DNA from: Synechococcus elongatus PCC 6301
Lineage (GTDB): Bacteria > Cyanobacteriota > Cyanobacteriia > Synechococcales > Synechococcaceae
Assembly: GCF_000010065.1 (NCBI RefSeq)
Contig: NC_006576.1
Location: 1,380,001 to 1,412,000 of the forward strand
Direction of reading: 5' to 3'
Length of the DNA: 32,000 bases
A program made the translations under genes and the position numbers. The notes under the pieces are model-generated. The model saw only the letters and a list, made by a program, of their open reading frames with translations, was not told the DNA's origin and did not search any database. This document shows positions 8,868-17,490 of the stretch, piece by piece. How positions within the stretch are numbered: the stretch's first letter is position 1; the number at the start of each line of letters is the position of its first letter.

Positions 8868-9207
8868 AATACCTAGAACTCAGGGAGCCGAAACAAGGAA
8901 GTAAATGGAAACTAGCACAGCCTTTTTTCAGCGAAAAGAAATCAGCAAAAAAGTAAGTGTCTTTGTAAAGTTCTCGCAATAGAACCTGAGCCGTTTATTT
9001 CAACTGCGTAAAAGCTTAGACAATAGCCTTTGAAATTGTGCCTTTCAATACTGCGATCGCCATCACAAGCGGCAGCCTTACGGAGTAACTGCGGTCATCA
9101 CTCCAGTTCGTTTTTTGATGTGAAATATTTAATTTTAGTAAACTGCCATCCTTGTGAGACTTTAGCTGATGCCAAGCCGCAGGGGCTGTTAGCTAAACTT
9201 CTGTCCC

Positions 9208-9723
9208 TCAGATTTTGACAAAGAAGTAGGCACCGATCGCTAGCACAATCAGCACCACAATCGGAACTGCGATCGCGGCCATGCCATTGTGACTGCGAAC
9301 GACTCGCGACTCATGTTGGATGACGGCTTCCCGAATGCGGGTATTCATCTCCTCGCGAAGGCGAGCGAGATCGGACTCCAAACTATCGTTGCTATAGATC
9401 CGCTTGAGGTGATCAAAGACGGATTTTCCGAGAACCAAACTATCCTCGGGACGGTTGAACAAAATATCGAGAATTTCATCGCGTTCAAAGCTGATCAACA
9501 GACAGTCACTGGCTGCTTTAGCAGAGAGACTGCGAGGCCGACCATCGATCAATTCCACTTCCCCAAAGACCCGACCTGGGCCCAGGATTTCCTCGGTGGC
9601 TTCACCTGTTTCCGGGTAGAGGCTTGTCAGGGTCACTTGGCCCGACTTAACCAGATAGAGCTGATCGCTCACATCCCCAGAGTTATAAACGGCTTCTCCT
9701 GCTGCAAACTGACGCTTTTCCAT
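9208..9723 (-). CDS. cyclic-nucleotide-binding domain protein with C-terminal TM segment (paralog B)
   Basis: GEVELIDGRPRSLSAKA cassette, DLARLREEMNTRIREAVIQHE, tail MAAIAVPIVVLIVLAIGAYFF. About 47% identical to paralog A over the first 88 residues by my hand alignment. Confidence 0.8.
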   Translation of the reverse strand: MEKRQFAAGEAVYNSGDVSDQLYLVKSGQVTLTSLYPETGEATEEILGPGRVFGEVELIDGRPRSLSAKAASDCLLISFERDEILDILFNRPEDSLVLGKSVFDHLKRIYSNDSLESDLARLREEMNTRIREAVIQHESRVVRSHNGMAAIAVPIVVLIVLAIGAYFFVKI

Positions 9724-9734
9724 CGTTCAGAAAA

Positions 9735-10727
9735 ATGAATCGTGAAGGCTTACTGAGTACCGAGGACCAGCAACCGGCAGTTGCAGGAACGCGACACTAT
9801 AATGCGGCATTCCCCTTGGAGATGGTAGTCGTGGTTCTGGCAGCACACGATCCAATCGATCGCTTCTGGGATTGGCAAGGGCAGTCCATTCGCTATTGGC
9901 AGCTTGGCGATCGCGGAGCCCCAGTCTTGCTCGTTCATGGCTTCGGAGCCTGTTGCGAACATTGGCGCCAGAATGTCGAGGCGATCGCGCAGCACTCTAC
10001 GGTCTATGTAATTGACCTGTTGGGGTTTGGGCAATCAGCCAAACCAGACCCGATCGCGGTGAACTATGGCATTGAGCTGTGGGCACAGCAGATTGAAGCG
10101 TTTCGGCAAGCAGTGATTGGGCAGCCGACTCGTTTGATCGCCAACTCGATCGGCTGTGTGGTTGCCTTGCAAGCGGCCGTTGACCAGCCAGAGGGGTATG
10201 CGGCCCTGCTGTTGATTGACTGTGCCCTGCGGCAGATTGACGACAAGAAATTGGCTCAGCAGCCCTTGGGTCGTCGCCTCGGTCGGCCCTTACTCAAGGC
10301 TGCAGTACGGCAGCGCGGTCTTTCCAATTGGCTCTATCGCCAGCTCGCCAAACCCTCGATCATTGAGCGCATCCTTAAACTGGCCTACCCCAGCAGTGAA
10401 CGCATTGATCCAGCGCTGGTGGAAGCCCTCTATGCGGCGACCCAATCACCTGGCGCAGCGGGCGTGTTTTGGGCTTTCATCAATTTGTTTGATGCGCCCT
10501 TAGCTGAGCAGTTGCTGCCCCAAGTGCAAGCACCAGTGACGTTCTTCTGGGGCGATCGCGATCCTTGGGAGCCGATCGCGCTTGGACGTCAGCTCGCAGA
10601 TTTTCCTAGTGTGAAAGCCTTCGTGCCGCTGGCAGGTTTGGGGCATTGTCCCCACGATGAAGCACCCAAGCAGGTCAATCCCCAGATCGTGGCGTGGTTG
10701 CAGGAGGGAGTAGCTGCAGCAGGCTAA
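9735..10727 (+). CDS. alpha/beta-fold hydrolase
   Basis: PVLLVHGFGACCEHWRQN, nucleophile elbow ANSIGC, C-terminal GHCPHDE. The start is uncertain: 9735 leaves only 11 bp to the divergent gene. An in-frame ATG at 9822 sits just downstream of a TATAAT at 9798-9803 and may be the real start. Confidence 0.8.
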   Translation: MNREGLLSTEDQQPAVAGTRHYNAAFPLEMVVVVLAAHDPIDRFWDWQGQSIRYWQLGDRGAPVLLVHGFGACCEHWRQNVEAIAQHSTVYVIDLLGFGQSAKPDPIAVNYGIELWAQQIEAFRQAVIGQPTRLIANSIGCVVALQAAVDQPEGYAALLLIDCALRQIDDKKLAQQPLGRRLGRPLLKAAVRQRGLSNWLYRQLAKPSIIERILKLAYPSSERIDPALVEALYAATQSPGAAGVFWAFINLFDAPLAEQLLPQVQAPVTFFWGDRDPWEPIALGRQLADFPSVKAFVPLAGLGHCPHDEAPKQVNPQIVAWLQEGVAAAG

Positions 10728-10830
10728 CTCACGCACGGCTTTGCAGCCGGGTCGGTGGACAGGGCACCAACAGTCCAAAATTGGGCCTGTGAGAGAATGA
10801 AGTCTAGATGTCCCAGGAAGACTGGCAGCA

Positions 10831-11256
10831 ATGGGCAAAGCGAAACAGCTAATTTTGCTAGCAGAAGATCAGTTGACGGAATACAGCACTGAAGCTCGCA
10901 AAATTGAAAAGTTGCGCCGCAAGCTCGGGTTTATTGTTCCCTATCCGCAACAAGCTGCGATGCGGGAAGAGATTCTGGCAGAATTGCCCAAAAACTTCTT
11001 GGCGAGAGCAGTCGAAGAAAATCGCCAGAACTTTGCTTTGCCTCTATGGGGAATTGGCGGACTCGGCTTGCTGTTTGGGATTTCTAGCCAGCAGCCCCTC
11101 GACTTTATTGCAACCGTTGTCGGTTTTTATGGAGCCTATCGCATTCAGAAATGGGGTTGGGAAATGCAGGCGAAACGACTAGTGATCAAAACGATTGACA
11201 GTATTGAAGTAGAAGTTCAAGCCAGCCGTTCTGAAGCTGCAACTAAAAATCAGTAA
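10831..11256 (+). CDS. hypothetical protein with central hydrophobic hairpin
   Basis: A 141-aa ORF with coding-like composition. It has a charged N-terminal region and a hydrophobic stretch LPLWGIGGLGLLFGI...FIATVVGFYGAY. No family recognised. Confidence 0.55.
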   Translation: MGKAKQLILLAEDQLTEYSTEARKIEKLRRKLGFIVPYPQQAAMREEILAELPKNFLARAVEENRQNFALPLWGIGGLGLLFGISSQQPLDFIATVVGFYGAYRIQKWGWEMQAKRLVIKTIDSIEVEVQASRSEAATKNQ

Positions 11257-11543
11257 GCGATCGCTGTTTTCTCATTCCAGCGAATGAACTGGAATAGCAT
11301 CTCAAGCAACTATTGATGAGGATCCCTCGTTCATCGATAAGCTGCATCATTCAAGTCTCTTTTACTCCAGATCACTAGTGAAAGAGAGCAAGCTTGATCG
11401 CGACTTGAATAAGATTGCGCTCTCTAACAGTTCGCATCAATTCCCAGAATTTCCTCGAATTTGTGGATTCAGTAAGGGTTGATTGTTTGCTTTTGTGCAA
11501 ATGCAAGGAAGGAATGAGTATTTTCTGCTGCGCAAATGAAAAT

Positions 11544-11563
11544 TTTCGCTTGCGCAAGCGAAA
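11544..11563. repeat. 20-bp perfect palindrome TTTCGCTTGCGCAAGCGAAA
   Basis: Its reverse complement equals itself. It lies 37 nt upstream of the aroA ATG and is followed by a second palindrome GGCGAT-A-ATCGCC (11564-11576). Confidence 0.9.
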
Positions 11564-11599
11564 GGCGATAATCGCCTAGGCACTCGTCTTGGAATTGGC

Positions 11600-12946
11600 A
11601 TGGCTCAGCCGTTCGTCTTGCTCCCTACTGAGGATTCTCATCAGACCTTGCGGATCCAGCCCCCCAGCACTGGGATCGGCTTACGGGGTCGAATTCGGGT
11701 GCCAGGCGACAAGTCCATTTCCCACCGAGCCTTGATGTTGGGGGCGATCGCCTCAGGTGAAACCACGATCGAAGGCTTGCTGCTGGGGGAAGACCCACTC
11801 AGCACGGCGGCTTGCTTTCGGGCGATGGGCGCTGAAATTTCGGAGCTGAACTCCGAGTTGGTGCGGGTTAAAGGCATTGGTCTCCAAAATCTGCAGGAGC
11901 CCCTCGACGTTCTCAATGCGGGCAATAGCGGCACCACAATTCGCCTGATGATGGGCTTACTCGCCGGTCAGCGCGATCGCTTTTTCTGCGTGACAGGCGA
12001 TGAGTCGCTGCGCAGTCGACCAATGGCTCGGGTCATTCAGCCGCTCAGCCAAATGGGAGCCGAAATTCGTGGGCGGCAGGGCAATACGCGTGCACCGCTG
12101 GCGATTTCGGGGCGATCGCTGCAACCGATTCGCTACGTTTCCCCGATCGCCTCTGCCCAAGTGAAGTCGAGCATTTTGCTGGCGGGGTTGACCTGTGAAG
12201 GCCAAACCACCGTAGTGGAACCGGCACTCTCGCGAGATCACAGCGAGCGGATGTTCCGCGCCTTTGGAGCAAAGCTGACAGTCAACCCCGAGGAGATTAG
12301 CGTCACGGTGGAAGGCCCAGCGGAACTGACAGGTCAGCCGGTAGTCGTGCCCGGAGATATCAGCTCCGCTGCTTTTTGGTTGGTCGCAGCCGCGATCGTG
12401 CCGGACTCGGATTTGCTGATTGAGAATGTCGGCGTCAATCCCACCCGCACGGGCATCCTTGAAGCCCTGCAACAGATGGAAGCCCAGATCACGCTGGAAA
12501 ATGAGCGAATTGTGGCAGGCGAACCCGTCGCCGATTTACGCGTGCGCAGCAGCAATCTACAGGCAATCGAAATCGGCGGATCGCTGATCCCCCGCTTGAT
12601 TGATGAGGTACCGATTCTGGCGGTAGCGGCAGCCTTTGCCAAGGGCACCACGATTATTCGAGATGCCGAAGAACTGCGGGTAAAAGAGAGCGATCGCATT
12701 GCGGTGATGGCCAGTGAGCTGGGCCGCATGGGCGCAACGATCTCGGAGCGACCGGATGGCCTAGAAATTACTGGCGGTGCTGCTCTCACTGGGGCCACAG
12801 TCGATAGCTATACCGATCACCGGATTGCTATGAGCTTGGCGATCGCGGCCTTGCAAGCAAAGGGTCAAACTCAGATCCAGCAAGCTGAAGCAGCAGCAGT
12901 TTCCTATCCAGATTTTGTGCCGACCTTGCAACAGCTTTTGGGATAG
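11600..12946 (+). CDS. aroA: 3-phosphoshikimate 1-carboxyvinyltransferase (EPSP synthase)
   Basis: [39 protein letters not shown] and [11 protein letters not shown] are EPSP synthase motifs; 448 aa. Confidence 0.95.
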
Positions 12947-12953
12947 ACAGCCT

Positions 12954-13478
12954 GTGTTCGAAGGAATCATCCGTCCGGCGATCGCAGCGGATTGGCCTGC
13001 CATTTGGGCAATTCTGGAGCCGATTTTTCGGGCGGGGGAAACCTATCCCTACCCCCCCGACATTTCGGAAACCGAAGCTCAAACAGTCTGGATGACGGTG
13101 CCGACCCAGACCTTTGTCTTTGAGTCAGGCGATCGCCAAATTCTAGGAACCTACTACCTCAAACCCAATCAACCCGGACTGGGTTCTCACGTTTGCAACT
13201 GCGGCTTTGCTGTGGCTGCCGCTGCACGCGGGCAAGGGGTTGGCAAAACCCTGGGACTGCACGCGCTGCAAGTGGCGTCCTCTTTCGGCTTTCGAGCGAT
13301 GCAATTCAATCTCGTGGTTGCGACGAATACCCCCTCGATTCAGCTCTGGCAACAGTTGGGGTTCACTACGATCGGTCGACTACCGCAAGCGTTTCGTCAC
13401 CCCCAACAAGGCTGGGTCGATGCGCTGATTTTCTACAAGTTGCTTGAGGAGCCAGTCGAAGCGGCAATCCCCGATTGA
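12954..13478 (+). CDS. GNAT-family N-acetyltransferase
   Basis: Acetyl-CoA motif RGQGVGKTLGLHAL. The tracked TTG start at 12915 overlaps aroA, so I prefer the in-frame GTG at 12954, just after the aroA stop. Confidence 0.8.
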   Translation: MFEGIIRPAIAADWPAIWAILEPIFRAGETYPYPPDISETEAQTVWMTVPTQTFVFESGDRQILGTYYLKPNQPGLGSHVCNCGFAVAAAARGQGVGKTLGLHALQVASSFGFRAMQFNLVVATNTPSIQLWQQLGFTTIGRLPQAFRHPQQGWVDALIFYKLLEEPVEAAIPD

Positions 13479-13575
13479 GCGATCGCCTCACATTTGATTG
13501 CAGATGGTTTGTTCTGAAGTTGGTCACTGCTAGAAGCAAAAGAGAAGGTGACCCAGCGAACTTGAGGCACGACCC

Positions 13576-14622
13576 ATGATTCAGGTGCGATCGTCTTGGT
13601 GGGTGACGACGCGCTGGGGCTGTGCCCAAGCCTCCACGAGCCTGACTGCAGCGGCAGCGGGTTGGCTGCTGAGTGGTTTGACCGCTTCGCCCTTGATCAA
13701 CGCGACGCTACCAGTCTTGCTGTTACTGCCCGTGCTGCTGCCATTACCTTTGGCCGTCAGTGCTGGCTATGGCCTGCAATGGCTCTCCCTGCTGTTGCTG
13801 CTAGCAACTGCACTCAAGCTAGTGGCCGGTGTGTTCTGGGTATTGGTCGCTATGCTGCTCCTCAGTATGGGACGTCAGCTGAGCCGTCTCCCCCTCGAAG
13901 AACACTTTCTGCAGCAGTATCCAATTCCCCGCAAAACCCTCAACATTGGGACGGAACTGGGGCAGATTGCCGGTAACTTCTTAGCGGGTTTTTTGTTTCC
14001 GCTGGGGCAGGCAACACTGCAATTTCTGCAAGCGCTCATCTTACTCCTACCGATCGCGCCAACTATCCGCAAGGCCCAGCACCAGACTCGTTCAGCACCT
14101 CGGCCTCAGGTGTCCTTCTCTGGGCGATCGCTCCTGCAAGGTCTATTGTTTGGTGCTTTGTTTGCTCTGCTCCCCCTCTGGGTTCGGCAAGTGGCGGCAG
14201 GTCAGTGCCTCGACTTTGGGTTAGCTTTGACGGTCTACGGCCTTGGCCGAATCCTGATGACTTGGCTACCCAGCGTACCGATCTGGATGCCGTATATCGG
14301 CCTCGCCAGCATTCTTGGACTGTTGCCAAGCCTGCCCGGTTGGCTAGCGATCGCTGGTTTTCTGCCGCTGGGTATTCTCGCGGCACGGGCCGACTTTAGC
14401 TTGGTCGATCGTCTCACGGGAGCTTCGGAAAGCGATCGCTGGCAACAATTCCTGCGATTTGGAGCACTGGGTGGTGTGTTGGGAAGCCTCAGCATCGGTG
14501 GTCTGGCACAGGTGCTGGGTCTAACGCGATCGCTGCCGCTCTTGGCGATCGCTTTTGTCCTCACCGGTCTCTATTTCAGCCACAGCCTGCCGCGATCGCC
14601 CCATCCAACCAATCCGGAATAA
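13576..14622 (+). CDS. hypothetical polytopic membrane protein (transporter-like)
   Basis: A 348-aa ORF that is strongly hydrophobic throughout with many predicted TM spans. Family not recognised with confidence. Confidence 0.6.
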   Translation: MIQVRSSWWVTTRWGCAQASTSLTAAAAGWLLSGLTASPLINATLPVLLLLPVLLPLPLAVSAGYGLQWLSLLLLLATALKLVAGVFWVLVAMLLLSMGRQLSRLPLEEHFLQQYPIPRKTLNIGTELGQIAGNFLAGFLFPLGQATLQFLQALILLLPIAPTIRKAQHQTRSAPRPQVSFSGRSLLQGLLFGALFALLPLWVRQVAAGQCLDFGLALTVYGLGRILMTWLPSVPIWMPYIGLASILGLLPSLPGWLAIAGFLPLGILAARADFSLVDRLTGASESDRWQQFLRFGALGGVLGSLSIGGLAQVLGLTRSLPLLAIAFVLTGLYFSHSLPRSPHPTNPE

Positions 14623-14663
14623 TTGCGATCGCAGCCGATGGCTGGACCTGATCACTCACAGTT

Positions 14664-15236
14664 CTAGAGGCGAGCGCATTGATCCTCTTTATCGCCGCGC
14701 ACAACATTGCCGCTACCCGTAGGGCTGGGCGTGTTGCTCTTGCATTGCAAGTTGCCATCGATCGTATTGCGCTGAGTGACCAAGCCACCACGGTTCTGAA
14801 AGGCTTGTAAATTGCCACCAATCCGATTCTGATCAGCAACTAAACGACCCGAATTAGATTCCAACTGCAGATCGCCTTCGATCCGAGTATTCACCACTCG
14901 AGCGTTTGAGCCTTGTTTGATTTGAATATTGCCACCAATAACTGAGCCTTGTGAGACTTCAATATTTCTCGCCCGATCCGCTTGAATATCACCTTCAACT
15001 TGGACTCGATTGGCTTTCAGATTCGCTTGGGATTCAACTTTAATATTGCCTTGAACACGAGTACCATTGAGGGTACAGGTTTTCCCTGTCGGCACCTTCA
15101 GATTATCCACAGTGACTGCGCCGAGCGATCCTTGGCAAACGCGCTCACCCGCCCAAGAGAAGGGTGCTGAAAGGGCAACGAAACTGATCGCAGCCGTTGC
15201 GGCTAAACTAACGCGAGCTATCTGCATGTCTAGCAT
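14664..15236 (-). CDS. secreted repeat protein, probable beta-helix/solenoid
   Basis: Signal-like N-terminus ending SWA/GERVC. About six or seven tandem degenerate ~19-20-aa units: VQGNIKVES..., VEGDIQADR..., IGGNIQIKQ..., IEGDLQLES..., IGGNLQAFQ..., IDGNLQCKS.... Cys residues sit at both ends. Alternative ATG at 15227. Confidence 0.7.
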   Translation of the reverse strand: MLDMQIARVSLAATAAISFVALSAPFSWAGERVCQGSLGAVTVDNLKVPTGKTCTLNGTRVQGNIKVESQANLKANRVQVEGDIQADRARNIEVSQGSVIGGNIQIKQGSNARVVNTRIEGDLQLESNSGRLVADQNRIGGNLQAFQNRGGLVTQRNTIDGNLQCKSNTPSPTGSGNVVRGDKEDQCARL

Positions 15237-15340
15237 CCTGGTATCTCTTTTGTAGAGACTGCGATCGCCCTAGGGAAGTTCCAAAGGCATCTGTCATCAA
15301 TGAAGGTGAAGAGAGCAGTAGAGGGTGCTAAGCAATCGCG

Positions 15341-15601
15341 TTAGAAATGCGCCCGCACCGTGAAGCTATAATCGCCCCCTGGCTCTAGTCGATAGTCTTG
15401 TTGGCAGAGAAACCGTAGCAAGGCATCCCGAATCAGCGATCGCCCCAAGGACGGCTCAACCGTGAGTTCACCTTCGCGAAAGCGCCAGATAAATGACCAT
15501 TCAAAAGTGGCCGCCCGAACTTCACCATCCAAACAACCTTCTTCCCACGACTGACGCGTAATGCGGACATGGGCAGTGGTGGCAGGCAGACGCTTCGCCA
15601 T
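15341..15601 (-). CDS. hypothetical small protein (86 aa)
   Basis: Clean ORF between pth and the repeat protein on the same strand, with coding-like codon use. No family named with confidence. Confidence 0.55.
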   Translation of the reverse strand: MAKRLPATTAHVRITRQSWEEGCLDGEVRAATFEWSFIWRFREGELTVEPSLGRSLIRDALLRFLCQQDYRLEPGGDYSFTVRAHF

Positions 15602-15629
15602 GGTTGGACAGATGCAATCAGAACAATCC

Positions 15630-16256
15630 CTAGGCCACGGGAGCTGGCGCTTCTAGGCTGCGGGCATTGTAGCGATTCATCGCCGTCTCCACACCCGATC
15701 GCAGCGCCGTTTCTGTAGCTTCCTGCGCCAGATCTAGCACCTGCTTCAGCAGAGATTGTTCACTGACAGCAAACTTGCCAAGCACATGGGAAACCGTGGC
15801 ATCGTGGCGATCGTTTGACTGCGATCGCGGCAGGCTGATCCCGAGTCGAAGGCGCGGAAAGTCTTTGCTGCTGAGGTGCGAAATAATCGACTTCATACCG
15901 TTGTGGGTCCCAGCAGAACCCGACTGCCGCAGCCGCAGGCGTCCCAGTGGCAGATCCATGTCGTCGTAGATCACCAGAATCTGCTGAGGTGTCAGCTTGT
16001 ACCAATCCAGCACCGCCCGCAGCGATCGCCCCGACTGGTTCATAAACGTCGTGGGCTTGAGCAGACGAATTTTGCCAAGGCCGGGCACGGCCGTTTCGCC
16101 GTACTCACCCTGAAACTTCCGGTCTTCGCTGAGCTTGACACCCCAATCCTGCGCGAGGCGATCGATCAGCATGAAGCCAATATTGTGTCGGGTCTCTGCG
16201 TACTTCTGACCCGGATTGCCCAAGCCCACAAGCAGCGTTGGACGGTCTTCACTCAC
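15630..16256 (-). CDS. pth: peptidyl-tRNA hydrolase
   Basis: LLVGLGNPGQKYAETRHNIGF and GTHNGMKS motifs. The GTG start overlaps the tatA stop (GTGA). Confidence 0.95.
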   Translation of the reverse strand: MSEDRPTLLVGLGNPGQKYAETRHNIGFMLIDRLAQDWGVKLSEDRKFQGEYGETAVPGLGKIRLLKPTTFMNQSGRSLRAVLDWYKLTPQQILVIYDDMDLPLGRLRLRQSGSAGTHNGMKSIISHLSSKDFPRLRLGISLPRSQSNDRHDATVSHVLGKFAVSEQSLLKQVLDLAQEATETALRSGVETAMNRYNARSLEAPAPVA

Positions 16257-16528
16257 ACCTGCGTCTCCGTTTGTTTCTCGACAGTGACCGCTTCGGTAGG
16301 AGCCGAATCTAAGACTGGGGGTTCTACCGTTGCTTCTGCTGGCGTGGCAGGGGTGCGATCGATCTCGCGCTTGATCTCCGACTCAAATTCCCGTGATGCA
16401 TCTTGGAAGCCCCGCAACGCCTTTCCTAGACTGCGACCAATTTCGGGCAGCTTTTTGGGGCCAAACACCAACAGGGCGATCGCTAGGATCACCAGCATTT
16501 CAGGCAGACCAATACCGAAAAAGTTCAT
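16253..16528 (-). CDS. tatA: twin-arginine translocase subunit TatA/E
   Basis: MNFFGIGLPEMLVILAIALLVFGPKKLPEIGRSLGKALRGFQ is the canonical TatA TM segment plus amphipathic helix. Confidence 0.95.
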   Translation of the reverse strand: MNFFGIGLPEMLVILAIALLVFGPKKLPEIGRSLGKALRGFQDASREFESEIKREIDRTPATPAEATVEPPVLDSAPTEAVTVEKQTETQV

Positions 16529-16563
16529 GGCAGCACACCGGGGAAAAGAGCGAACTGGGCTTC

Positions 16564-16594
16564 AGACACAAACGCCCCCGACAGAGCGGGGGCG
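16564..16594 (-). terminator. intrinsic terminator of psbH
   Basis: On the minus strand: CGCCCCCG-CUCUGU-CGGGGGCG (8-bp GC stem) followed by UUUGUGUCU, 28 nt after the psbH stop. Confidence 0.75.
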
Positions 16595-16621
16595 CAGCAG
16601 ATCAAGGCGATCGTGCCGGCC

Positions 16622-16825
16622 TTAGAGACCGAGACTCCGCCAGTCGACCTTGAAGGTATCGAGCACGAGTGACGAGTTGTAGATCTGCAGAATGATCAGC
16701 AGAAACACAAAGAACAGCAGCATGAACACGCCCATCACTGGGGTCGTTCCCCAGCCGGGTGCCACTTTGCCATATTCCGAGTTGAGCGGGCGGAGGATAT
16801 CTCCAAGTCGGGTCCGCTGTGCCAT
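16622..16825 (-). CDS. psbH: photosystem II phosphoprotein PsbH
   Basis: [50 protein letters not shown] is typical PsbH. Confidence 0.95.
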   Translation of the reverse strand: MAQRTRLGDILRPLNSEYGKVAPGWGTTPVMGVFMLLFFVFLLIILQIYNSSLVLDTFKVDWRSLGL

Positions 16826-16923
16826 GACTTACCTATCTCCAGGGCAATATTCTGGACGGCTTTTGCGATAGTGATATCATACCGCTCCCGGTTCCCCACC
16901 TCGAGCTCTCCCCCCAAGACAAA

Positions 16924-17064
16924 ATGATGGAAGCTTCTCCTGGTCTTTCGATCGCCATCACCTTCGCGGTGATTTTGCTGGCGCTGACTGGTTTTTCGAT
17001 TTACACCTCTTTCGGACCTCCCTCCAAACAGCTAGAGGATCCGTTTGAAGATCACGAAGACTAG
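16924..17064 (+). CDS. psbN: PsbN (photosystem II assembly factor), 45-46 aa
   Basis: Not in the ORF track. Translation is MMEASPGLSIAITFAVILLALTGFSIYTSFGPPSKQLEDPFEDHED. It is divergent from psbH, as in plastids and other cyanobacteria. Start is ATG 16924 or 16927. Confidence 0.9.
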   Translation: MMEASPGLSIAITFAVILLALTGFSIYTSFGPPSKQLEDPFEDHED

Positions 17065-17079
17065 AAGAGGCGGCCAAGG

Positions 17080-17490
17080 TTGGTACAGATTGCACTCAAT
17101 GCCGCCTTGCAGTCCCTCGTCGAACAGCATCTGCCTCGCTGGCGCTACCTAGCCAACGAGGCTTGGCCGGCCGACGCAGAAAGTTGCTGCTTTTGGGCCG
17201 TTCAAGGCCACAGCAGTAGCTGGGGGATGGCAACCACACCGCTCTGGGCGACTCAAGCAGTCAGTTTTGGTCAAGAACAGGGCATATTCCTCGCCTGTGG
17301 GTGCTGGGGAGAATCGATCTGGGAATGTCGCTACGATCCCCAGCAGCAAACGCTGTACTGGCGTCGCGATGACGGTTTTGAACCCGCAGCCCACGAGCTA
17401 AACTGGCCCGATCGCGAACGGATTGAAGCCATCCTGCGGCAACTTCCGGCGGTGCTAGCAGCCCATCCGATCGCCCCTGCCACGCCCTAG
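17080..17490 (+). CDS. hypothetical protein (136 aa)
   Basis: ORF with a TTG start 15 nt after psbN. Trp/Cys-rich, no family recognised. Its stop overlaps the convergent SDR gene stop (CTAG). Confidence 0.5.
   Translation: MVQIALNAALQSLVEQHLPRWRYLANEAWPADAESCCFWAVQGHSSSWGMATTPLWATQAVSFGQEQGIFLACGCWGESIWECRYDPQQQTLYWRRDDGFEPAAHELNWPDRERIEAILRQLPAVLAAHPIAPATP

Noticed and set aside
9110-9155. Weak HLR1-like pattern (minus strand TTTACTAA-AA-TTAAATAT) in the spacer between the two cNMP genes.
   Set aside because: Both units carry mismatches at core positions, and the site is about 270 bp upstream of the downstream gene's start. In AT-rich DNA such matches are expected by chance.
11375-11557. 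60-aa minus-strand ORF in the AT-rich spacer upstream of aroA.
   Set aside because: It is Lys/Ser-rich and low-complexity, starts inside the 20-bp palindrome, and has no SD or family resemblance. The region is better treated as regulatory or non-coding.
12334-12798. 154-aa antisense ORF within aroA, and similar ones at 11641-11937 and 11957-12472.
   Set aside because: They are embedded antisense to a gene with clear EPSP synthase motifs and have compositionally biased translations.
15876-16625. 249-aa plus-strand ORF spanning pth and tatA in antisense.
   Set aside because: It is antisense to two genes with canonical motifs. The translation is Arg/Ser/Pro-rich with no domain features.
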